A DNA stretch of 32,000 nt. It comes from Nostoc punctiforme PCC 73102. GTDB taxonomy: Bacteria; Cyanobacteriota; Cyanobacteriia; Cyanobacteriales; Nostocaceae. Below are positions 16,110-23,149 of the stretch, piece by piece. The translations under genes and the position numbers were made by a program. A model generated the notes under the pieces. That model had not been told where the DNA came from, made no database searches, and saw only the letters and a program-made list of their open reading frames with translations. How positions within the stretch are numbered: position 1 is the first letter of the stretch; every line of letters begins with the position of its first letter. The stretch lies in the NCBI RefSeq assembly GCF_000020025.1, contig NC_010631.1, positions 270,001-302,000 on the forward strand. Reading direction: 5' to 3'.

Positions 16110-16691
16110 ATGGAGATCAATATTATGCCTTATACAATACATACACAGCAAGCAATTCCTAGTTCTTCTGTTGATGAGCAAGCCCTAGCCCAAGCAGAAC
16201 TAAACCACCTTCTCGAAACCCAAGCGCAAGCTGTAGCCCTCACCCAAGACCCTCTCACCAGCAGAGATCGCCGCATCATCGGTGAGATTATCGAAGTTGA
16301 ACCCGAAACTGTCCGCACTATCTGGATTGAAGGCGGAATCACCGTATGGGTGCAGTTAGTCAGTGGCGGACGGCTACCTTTCGATAGAGACTGGTTCGCC
16401 AAAAGAGTTGCAGAGGTGAAAGCAACCCTCCCAGAAACACCCCTGGAGCGCAATGAACGTTTAAGCGAGGAATTGGAAGAAGCTTGCGTCAAGTTCAACT
16501 TGTGGCATCCGCAGATTGATTGGTTATCCTTCAGTACTAAACTTTACCGAAATAATCAGCTAGTAGGCTACATCGGTTGCAATCTTGAGGGTTGGTATTC
16601 TAGACCCCGCACATACGGCATGAATAGATTCGCCAACAGTGCAGAAGAGGCGATAACGTTTCTGGGAGTCCGAACGGCAGTAGCGGCGTAA
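16110..16691 (+). CDS. hypothetical protein, first gene of the plus-strand operon (ends ...TAVAA)
   Basis: Long ORF downstream of the promoter. The start could instead be the second ATG (MPYTIHT, 16125). No family recognised. Confidence 0.6.
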   Translation: MEINIMPYTIHTQQAIPSSSVDEQALAQAELNHLLETQAQAVALTQDPLTSRDRRIIGEIIEVEPETVRTIWIEGGITVWVQLVSGGRLPFDRDWFAKRVAEVKATLPETPLERNERLSEELEEACVKFNLWHPQIDWLSFSTKLYRNNQLVGYIGCNLEGWYSRPRTYGMNRFANSAEEAITFLGVRTAVAA

Positions 16692-16816
16692 GTGGCTGTT
16701 GCGAGAAAGGGCGATTGCTCCCCAAGACAAGAGTAATCGCCTCCAAAGCTCAATCGCTGCTTTAGAAATAATAATCATGACATAAAGTACAGCAAGTAAC
16801 CTCTCACTTGAAGTAG

Positions 16817-17398
16817 ATGAGTGTCAAGAAAATATTCTCCTACCTGCTACAGATGCGGATGCAGAGGTGTAAGGAATCCTTAGTACTGCAAGTAAGAAAA
16901 GCGATTACATACCAAGAGAAATGCAATCGCTTCTACAACGAAATTTATGACAATTTAAATCATCATGGCATATCAAATATGATTAGCCCATTTTCTCTTC
17001 AACAAGCCGATTGGGATGAATCCCCAGAGAAAATTCTCCTACCTCCAACCGACCCCAACGCAGAGGTGCAAGAGATTTCTGGCTACAAGCTGGTTTACGC
17101 TGACGGAGCTTGCCCCAGAAACTATCGAGTGTACAAAGCTCACTCAATGATTGGAGTGATATTTCAATACATCACCCACTGGTCAAATGCGGTGGATAAG
17201 ATTCGATACGCCAAGCCGATTGATGCAGCAATTGGGCTTGATGACTTCATGAAGGTGGCAGGCTACTTTACAGCTACTACAGAACAACCGCTCACAGAAG
17301 AAGAGTTGCTAGATAAGGAATTTGATTCGCTCACGAGTGAGGAGTGGGAAAGGTTAAAGAGATACGTGCCAGAAACTAGAAATTTGGTTGCAGCATAA
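16817..17398 (+). CDS. hypothetical protein (ends ...NLVAA)
   Basis: Long ORF. The true start is uncertain because several internal Met codons exist and the 5' region contains a partial duplication. No family recognised. Confidence 0.55.
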   Translation: MSVKKIFSYLLQMRMQRCKESLVLQVRKAITYQEKCNRFYNEIYDNLNHHGISNMISPFSLQQADWDESPEKILLPPTDPNAEVQEISGYKLVYADGACPRNYRVYKAHSMIGVIFQYITHWSNAVDKIRYAKPIDAAIGLDDFMKVAGYFTATTEQPLTEEELLDKEFDSLTSEEWERLKRYVPETRNLVAA

Positions 17399-17496
17399 GG
17401 AAACGGGTGGGCAGGACAGACCCACCTGTGTGGCAAGGAGCAAAACTAAATTATCAGTCTATCTGAATAGAACAACACAACTCATCGGATAAACCA

Positions 17497-17712
17497 ATGT
17501 CACCTATAGAAATCCTACAAGAATTCAACTCGTGCTACTTGAAGATTCAGGCGATCGCCCAGGATGAAAACTGGCTTTTGTTGATTGCTGATAAAAAGAT
17601 TGATTCAGAAGCAGCAACTCATGTAGGCGATGTCCTGCATTATTTGGGTGAAGCGATGGGGTGTTTGGAAGAAGTTGTTGAAGTCAAGTTTAATCAGGAT
17701 GCAGAAGTATGA
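17497..17712 (+). CDS. hypothetical protein (71 aa, acidic)
   Basis: ATG ORF whose stop overlaps the next start (ATGA at 17709-17712), suggesting translational coupling. Confidence 0.55.
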   Translation: MSPIEILQEFNSCYLKIQAIAQDENWLLLIADKKIDSEAATHVGDVLHYLGEAMGCLEEVVEVKFNQDAEV

Positions 17713-17936
17713 GACTCTATGCAACGAGTATTCCTGTAACTTTGCCAGATTGGGCAACCGTTATATCGAATGATGCAGGTTTGATTGAGATTGAAATCAA
17801 TGATGAGTCCCCAAGCTTTCACTCAATTTTAGAAGAATTAGCTACTGAAATTGAGCCAGGAATTATTGGTGTAAAAGCTGGCGATTTATGCCACAGACTC
17901 AGCATTGAAATGGTTGATTTTAACGAAGAAAATTGA
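17709..17936 (+). CDS. hypothetical protein (75 aa, acidic)
   Basis: Overlaps the preceding ORF by 4 nt and is on the same strand within the operon. Confidence 0.55.
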   Translation: MRLYATSIPVTLPDWATVISNDAGLIEIEINDESPSFHSILEELATEIEPGIIGVKAGDLCHRLSIEMVDFNEEN

Positions 17937-17963
17937 CAACCAAAATTTAGTAAATCCCAAAAA

Positions 17964-18224
17964 ATGAAATTCACAACTGTCTCTGTTAGTTACTCTAGAA
18001 AATTCAATCTCGGCGACTATGAATTTCTAGAACTGGGTTGTTCTCTCTGGGCACAAGTCGAAGATGGAGAAGATGCTGATGGAATAACCCAATTCCTCTA
18101 TCATCAAGCCAAAGCTTCAGTAAAGCAAGCAGCAATACCTGTGCTAAAAGCCTCAGAGTTTCAAATTAATAAGGCTAAATCTAGCAAAAAAGTATCTGGT
18201 GATATTAGCGAAAGTGATTGGTAA
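17964..18224 (+). CDS. hypothetical protein (86 aa) immediately upstream of erf
   Basis: ATG ORF tightly packed in the operon. No family recognised. Confidence 0.55.
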   Translation: MKFTTVSVSYSRKFNLGDYEFLELGCSLWAQVEDGEDADGITQFLYHQAKASVKQAAIPVLKASEFQINKAKSSKKVSGDISESDW

Positions 18225-18238
18225 AGAGGAGCCGGACA

Positions 18239-19012
18239 ATGCAAGAATTAATCAAAGCTTTAATTAAAGCAAAGTCAGAGTTTAATCCCATTCAAAAAGA
18301 CGGTACTAATCCTCACTACAAGCGCAAATATGCAACACTAGATGCTGTATTAGATGCTGTCACTCCTGCGCTTGGTAAACATGGATTAGTGATAATTCAA
18401 ACTACTGAAATCTTTGAAGGTAAAACCGTGCTGCGGACTCATATTTTTCATGAATCTGGAGAGAGTATCACCAGCACTTATCCTTTACCTGAAGTTGCTG
18501 ACTCTCAGAAGTTTGGTGCAGCATTAACTTATGCACGACGATATGCAGTTTGTGCAATTTTATCGGTGACGGCAGATGAAGACAATGATGCTGAAGATGC
18601 AACTACTCCTCAAAAGCCTGAACAGCCACAGAATAACATTAGACCCCGCAAAGACAATCAACAGCCAAGAGTTCAGGCACCAAAACAAGCTGTAACTCCA
18701 CCATCAATCAGCCCAAAAGATTTGCGAGTCAAAGAAATTCGCACACTTTTAAATTATCCGTTGGATTTAGTCAAAGAGTGGTTGCATTCTCGAAATGTTA
18801 CGAGTCCAAGTGAGCTTGATTCTCTTCAAATTGATGAACTAGTGAAGACTATGTGTTTGGCTTGGGCTGGTAATAAGTTTGGACATTTGAATCATGCTGT
18901 TAACTCTTATCAGAAACACGTCGTCGACGCTGTGGCACGAGGTGTAGATGAAACAAGAGCAATCAACGACTGGATGGAAGGAGCGCTTGCACAATTGCCT
19001 GAACTGAATTGA
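18239..19012 (+). CDS. erf: ERF-family single-strand annealing recombinase
   Basis: NPHYKRKYATLDAVLDAVTPALGKHGLVIIQ and FGAALTYARRYAVCAILSV match the conserved ERF (essential recombination function) blocks. A low-complexity P/Q linker precedes the C-terminal tail. GAGGAG lies 7 nt upstream of the ATG at 18239 (the track started at the TTG at 18218). Confidence 0.8.
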   Translation: MQELIKALIKAKSEFNPIQKDGTNPHYKRKYATLDAVLDAVTPALGKHGLVIIQTTEIFEGKTVLRTHIFHESGESITSTYPLPEVADSQKFGAALTYARRYAVCAILSVTADEDNDAEDATTPQKPEQPQNNIRPRKDNQQPRVQAPKQAVTPPSISPKDLRVKEIRTLLNYPLDLVKEWLHSRNVTSPSELDSLQIDELVKTMCLAWAGNKFGHLNHAVNSYQKHVVDAVARGVDETRAINDWMEGALAQLPELN

Positions 19013-19052
19013 ATTAATCATATATTCTCATAACACCAATAGGAAAAATATC

Positions 19053-19253
19053 ATGCCGAAAAAGTCTACTTATCCCACTCCTACTGACCAGTCCTCATTG
19101 TGCCTACAGTATCTTCGTCGTTGCGGAGGTAGCGCTCGATTATGTACTATCAAATTTAGCCTGGGAGTGATTCAAAGCTTGGTCAATCAAAGAAAAGTGA
19201 AAATTACCAATACAGGTGCAGGCTTCTATGTCCAGTTGGAGGATGCAAAGTGA
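19053..19253 (+). CDS. hypothetical small protein (66 aa, possibly wHTH)
   Basis: ATG ORF whose stop overlaps the next start (GTGA). Confidence 0.5.
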   Translation: MPKKSTYPTPTDQSSLCLQYLRRCGGSARLCTIKFSLGVIQSLVNQRKVKITNTGAGFYVQLEDAK

Positions 19254-19594
19254 AAATACAGAAAGTAACCTATCAATCATCTTTGCCTTCAAATACTCGT
19301 AGTAAATTAGTTCTACGCCGGACTCGAAAAAGATTCAACCCCAGGATTTTGATTGACCGCACCATAGAAACAACTGCAATTATCTCTCTGCTCTTAACTA
19401 GCTTTTCAGGAGTAGCGGCAATGGGATGTTGGGGTATAGAGATTATCGAAACAAATGCTAATTCCAACATCACCATCTCTGGTTGGCAGCAGCAGAAAAA
19501 CATTTGCTTGGGTGCAATGTTGGTTAGTTGCTCTATATTTTTGGGCAGTTCTTTGGTGGGTGCAAGTTTCAGTATTCAACGAGATAAATTTTAG
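19250..19594 (+). CDS. hypothetical membrane protein (114 aa, two predicted TM segments)
   Basis: Two hydrophobic stretches (TAIISLLLTSFSGVAAMGCWGI and ICLGAMLVSCSIFLGSSLVGA) and a 4-nt overlap with the upstream ORF. Confidence 0.5.
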   Translation: MKIQKVTYQSSLPSNTRSKLVLRRTRKRFNPRILIDRTIETTAIISLLLTSFSGVAAMGCWGIEIIETNANSNITISGWQQQKNICLGAMLVSCSIFLGSSLVGASFSIQRDKF

Positions 19595-19608
19595 ATGAGT
19601 TAACGGCA

Positions 19609-19815
19609 ATGAAAGAGTACAAAACCAAACATGGTGGCTACAAAATCGAAACTACTGAATTACCAGATGGTGCTGTAGATGTTCACGTTGGGAAGCAAAG
19701 CTTTTTGAAAACAACCTGGGCATCTCCTTCAACTAAAACCTTTAACAATCATACACAAGCTGTTAGTCATGCCAAAAATGCTATTGATAACGGCGAAATC
19801 GATTCAGTTTTCTAA
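19609..19815 (+). CDS. hypothetical protein (68 aa)
   Basis: ATG ORF within the operon. No family recognised. Confidence 0.5.
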   Translation: MKEYKTKHGGYKIETTELPDGAVDVHVGKQSFLKTTWASPSTKTFNNHTQAVSHAKNAIDNGEIDSVF

Positions 19816-19869
19816 GGTTAAAACACACCAATTGAAATCAAATTAACTACTTCAGAGATTCGGGCTATC

Positions 19870-20070
19870 TTGCAAGGTTGTCAATATACGTTACGGCTTG
19901 TAGGGAGTAGTCGAGATTATCGTAAAATTCAATCGTTAGAACACTTTTCTACCTCAAATGATGTGGTGCTAAATGATGCGTTCAATATTTTGGGAGAAAT
20001 AGTGGACGCAATCGAGCAGGTAGAGCAATTTTCTCAACAAGGAGAATCCAGTCATGGAACAGGAAATTAA
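19870..20070 (+). CDS. hypothetical protein (about 66 aa, start uncertain)
   Basis: The ORF is open from 19816. The track uses a TTG start, and no in-frame ATG lies upstream. Confidence 0.4.
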   Translation: MQGCQYTLRLVGSSRDYRKIQSLEHFSTSNDVVLNDAFNILGEIVDAIEQVEQFSQQGESSHGTGN

Positions 20071-20209
20071 AAATGCAATTGGTTTAGGCATTCCTGAACT
20101 TGCCATAGAGTCGAAACCAAAACCTGAACCAGAACCAAAACCAACAGTAACGATTTACGACTTCGGCGCTTTGTTATTAAAGCACGAACCACCGAAAAAA
20201 CAGAGGTAA
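20054..20209 (+). CDS. hypothetical small protein (51 aa, PKPEPEPKP linker)
   Basis: ATG ORF below the track's length cutoff. It overlaps the end of the previous ORF and fills a gap that otherwise has only an implausible antisense ORF. Confidence 0.35.
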   Translation: MEQEIKNAIGLGIPELAIESKPKPEPEPKPTVTIYDFGALLLKHEPPKKQR

Positions 20210-20258
20210 AGCCGCCCTTCGCGTTGCTAAAGGACGGGGTTTCAGACCAATTTTTCTG

Positions 20259-20663
20259 ATGAACACAAAACAATTGATTCTTAAATCTGCCATTGGAGTT
20301 TTCGCATTTTTCACTATTTTGAGTGGCTGTGTTATAGTTTTCGGGCAAAAGAAACCGAACTATTTCAATATCACAATACCTGCAAGCGCAGCGAGGTTGG
20401 TTTTCAGTTTCAGCATGATGGGAACTGGATTGACCATGTTTATTGGTAGTCGGATTGAGGCAGCGCAATTTGAAGAATCATTAAAACCCAGACCTGTACC
20501 TCCTCCGTGTCAAGGTTGCAGGCATTTCCACGGGGTTGTCTACAATGGTGTGCTTTTCAATTGCACTGTTCATCCCAAAGGCTGGCAAGGTGACAAATGC
20601 CCCGATTGGCAAACATTTAAAAAATCTTTAGAGGAGCAAGAAAAGGACATTAACTCTAGATAA
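20259..20663 (+). CDS. membrane protein with Cys-rich C-terminal domain (134 aa)
   Basis: Two N-terminal hydrophobic segments, followed by CQGCRHFHG...FNCTVHPKGWQGDKCPDW, a CxxC...C...C putative metal-binding motif. Confidence 0.55.
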   Translation: MNTKQLILKSAIGVFAFFTILSGCVIVFGQKKPNYFNITIPASAARLVFSFSMMGTGLTMFIGSRIEAAQFEESLKPRPVPPPCQGCRHFHGVVYNGVLFNCTVHPKGWQGDKCPDWQTFKKSLEEQEKDINSR

Positions 20664-20739
20664 TCGCTCTCGAAACAAAGAATCGTCCCTGACGCAAGCA
20701 TTACGGCAGATACATCAGCTAAACTCCAAGATTCAGGAG

Positions 20740-20919
20740 TTGGAGCAGCAGCATCAAGATTATGTGCATCAGCAACAGAATTTGATTAGTGCGATAGCTG
20801 AAATCTGTGTTTCTCCAATACAGGAAATAGAGGCGCTGAGGATTCTCATATATCGGGGAGAGGAGGAGTGTCGGCGGTATTTGCGCTCGGTGGTGGTAAA
20901 GCGAAGGAAAATTTTGTAG
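20740..20919 (+). CDS. possible small coiled-coil protein (start codon uncertain)
   Basis: The frame is open from 20632 to the TAG at 20917-20919 and reads ...LTQALRQIHQLNSKIQELEQQHQDYVHQQQNLISAIAEI.... There is no in-frame ATG. The first TTG is at 20740, with CTG at 20689 and ATA at 20710 as alternatives. Confidence 0.3.
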   Translation: MEQQHQDYVHQQQNLISAIAEICVSPIQEIEALRILIYRGEEECRRYLRSVVVKRRKIL

Positions 20920-20922
20920 AGA

Positions 20923-21297
20923 TCAGGCACTCAATGATTCCGGTTCTGTACGTGATATTTCCAAAACTCGCTGTAACCAGTATGAAATTTGAGCAGATGC
21001 AGATTGCTTTTGTTCAGCATCAGTCCAGATATCGTCCCAATGGAATAGCCAACGAGTTAGAAGACGAACTAAATCAACTAACTCACAGGCTCGGTCAATA
21101 TCATCTGCCTTTACCATGTCTGGCACAGTCCACTCAACAAAGTATCTGCTTTCATCAATCAAAGCCAGTATTACATCCGCTGATGAGCCTTGAGTCCACA
21201 AAGATTGAATTTGTGACAAGTGTGTAGCTAGACGACGTAAACGTGTAGTCACATCATCTTGCATAAAAATTTGTTGCTTTGGTGTCACTTCGATCAT
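20923..21297 (-). CDS. hypothetical helical protein (124 aa), partner of the DUF5674 gene
   Basis: Its start overlaps the stop of the upstream minus-strand gene (ATGA at 21294-21297). It is preferred over the antisense ORF at 20868-21227 because of this coupling. Confidence 0.6.
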   Translation of the reverse strand: MIEVTPKQQIFMQDDVTTRLRRLATHLSQIQSLWTQGSSADVILALIDESRYFVEWTVPDMVKADDIDRACELVDLVRLLTRWLFHWDDIWTDAEQKQSASAQISYWLQRVLEISRTEPESLSA

Positions 21298-21626
21298 AAA
21301 TTTACTAGGAACTCGTTAATCAGTTGAGCTACCCTTTCTCTAATATTAGGGTCTAAAAGTTCCATTGAGCGATTTTGCCGGGGACGAAGATTAACCATTG
21401 ACTCATAAATGATTTTTCCAGTTATTGGCATAAAACTGGCAGCCCAAATATCTTGTTGTCTACTGCCGTCATCTAGCAATTTTTCTTCACAATCAACGTG
21501 TAGACCACCACCACCAACCAGCACCCGACGCTCGATATCGACTGCTGTTTTGATGTAGAACTTGTGAGAACGCAGCATAAGTTCAAGTTGCTCCGGGGTA
21601 GCACGTTCGCGTAACAGCAAAATCAT
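21294..21626 (-). CDS. DUF5674-like protein (110 aa)
   Basis: RERATPEQLELML, YIKTAVDIERRVLVGGGGLHVDCEEKLLDDGSRQQDIW and NLRPRQNRSMELLDPNIRERV match my recollection of the DUF5674 family common in cyanobacteria. Confidence 0.65.
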   Translation of the reverse strand: MILLLRERATPEQLELMLRSHKFYIKTAVDIERRVLVGGGGLHVDCEEKLLDDGSRQQDIWAASFMPITGKIIYESMVNLRPRQNRSMELLDPNIRERVAQLINEFLVNL

Positions 21627-21664
21627 TTAAATCATAACCTCTATCAGGGAAAGGCATTCTAATT

Positions 21665-21880
21665 ATGGAACGGAATCAAGCACAAGTAATTACTGTAAGT
21701 CTGATTAGCACATTAGCGGCCATATCTATCGGGTATTTAGGAGTACAAATTTTTGGCAAGAATGCAATGTACATGATTGCGACAGGAATGTTTGGGCTGG
21801 GTACTGGAGGAGCTATCGGTCAGATTTTGGTAGAGAAAAGGCAGCAGCGAGTAGTACAAACACAGTCAAAACAAGGATAG
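21665..21880 (+). CDS. small membrane protein (71 aa, two TM segments)
   Basis: Hydrophobic segments VITVSLISTLAAISIGYLGVQIF and MYMIATGMFGLGTGGAIGQILV. Confidence 0.5.
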   Translation: MERNQAQVITVSLISTLAAISIGYLGVQIFGKNAMYMIATGMFGLGTGGAIGQILVEKRQQRVVQTQSKQG

Positions 21881-21890
21881 GAGTAATCGT

Positions 21891-22202
21891 ATGGAAACTT
21901 CAAAAGTTGTCACCATCCCGAATCACTGGACATTACCCAAATATTCGTTAGGGCAAAGAACCAAGCAGGGGATGATTGTAGGGGTTCAGTATTGTCTATT
22001 TGAAAACCTGGTGGTTCCTGAACGAGACGGTTCATGGCGATATGCGATATTAGTTAGCACCGAAGATGAACAGGTGGAATATATTTCGGAAGCTGGGGTT
22101 CAATTACCACCCGAAAAAGAATTGCGTTTGGAGATAGAAGGCGAGATTGACTTTTGCCAGCGCAAGATTGAGAACCTGACACAGTATTTAGAGGCGGTGT
22201 GA
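21891..22202 (+). CDS. hypothetical protein (103 aa)
   Basis: ATG ORF 10 nt after the previous gene and followed by a terminator-like hairpin. Confidence 0.55.
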   Translation: METSKVVTIPNHWTLPKYSLGQRTKQGMIVGVQYCLFENLVVPERDGSWRYAILVSTEDEQVEYISEAGVQLPPEKELRLEIEGEIDFCQRKIENLTQYLEAV

Positions 22203-22207
22203 AAAAT

Positions 22208-22248
22208 CGGGCTTTAATAAAAAAAGCCCCAAAAGCCCGCTTTTCTCA
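22208..22248 (+). terminator. rho-independent terminator-like hairpin
   Basis: CGGGCTTT (22208-15) pairs with AAAGCCCG (22232-39) and is followed by CTTTTCTC. An alternative shorter hairpin, GGGCTTT/AAAGCCC, is also possible. Confidence 0.55.
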
Positions 22249-22631
22249 AAAATTGACCAAGTGTGCCGCTTTGACTTGTGACATCTCTACTCTTTACCCT
22301 GCAAAGATTTAAGGCATTTTTAACCACTCAAAAATCAAGTTGAAAAAGGAAAGCGGCACGGAAAGCGGCATACTAAATCAATTAAAATCGCTGAAAGTAT
22401 TGCCACTAACGAATTTGAAAGCATGAGTTGTTGTGACACTACCAACACAAGGGTTTTGGAGAAAGCGGCCCAGTGACGCAACGAGATTACAAGGGTTGTG
22501 GGCATTGTTAATTGACACGGCACGGTGAGGTTGTGACATCTTATGCCTTGAAGACAATTCGGAACAGGAATGGATCTTAAATTGTTAAAAGAGTGCATAA
22601 TCAGCCATATCATCCAAAACTGGTAATAACA

Positions 22632-23018
22632 ATGACTACAATAAATGACCCTACTGTTGTAGCTGAAATAACTGATTTGTACCTCTTGTATGAAGAAGCT
22701 CTTTGTAATAACAACTTGGAGGTGATGGATAGCTTGTTTTGGGATGCACCAGAAGTAGTGCGATTTGGGATCGCAGAAAACCTCTATGGTGGTGATGAAA
22801 TTCGCAACTTTCGTCAGAATCGGCCAAATCCAAGAATAGAGCGAGAAATCTCGAATCTTTTAGTTGTAAGCTTTGGAAAAGATGCAGCAACCGTGACTTT
22901 AGAATTTTGTCGGATTGTTAATGGTGTAGAACGCTTTGGGCGACAAAGCCAAACTTGGTACAGATTTACCGAAGGATGGAAAGTAGTTTCAGCGCATGTT
23001 TCATTATTGCCAGTATAG
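22632..23018 (+). CDS. AtzH-like / DUF3225 (SnoaL/NTF2-fold) protein
   Basis: The pattern VAEITDLYLLYEEALCNNNLEVMDSLFWD...VRFG..ENLYG.DEIR.FR...GRQSQTWYRF.EGWKVVSAHVSL matches my recollection of the AtzH-like family. The ATG at 22632 is preferred over the GTG at 22593. Confidence 0.65.
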   Translation: MTTINDPTVVAEITDLYLLYEEALCNNNLEVMDSLFWDAPEVVRFGIAENLYGGDEIRNFRQNRPNPRIEREISNLLVVSFGKDAATVTLEFCRIVNGVERFGRQSQTWYRFTEGWKVVSAHVSLLPV

Positions 23019-23149
23019 GAAAAACCCTAACCTGTGTTAATTGATTGGAATATCAATTTTAAGCGTTAGCATAGCCCCTTTTTTCTTACACAAGCGCCAG
23101 GCTTTGCTCTCATCTTAATAACAGCAGCCCAAGAAAAAGAGGGGTATTT

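Noticed and set aside
20067-20468. The 133-aa minus-strand ORF.
   Set aside because: It is antisense to two better-supported plus-strand ORFs (20054-20209 and 20259-20663), has an odd composition, and disrupts an otherwise co-directional operon.
20868-21227. The 119-aa plus-strand ORF.
   Set aside because: It lies entirely antisense to the 124-aa minus-strand ORF, which is translationally coupled (ATGA) to the DUF5674 gene.
22335-22613. The 92-aa minus-strand ORF in the repeat-rich spacer.
   Set aside because: It has an unusual composition, no start context and overlaps the repeat cluster. The region is treated as non-coding.
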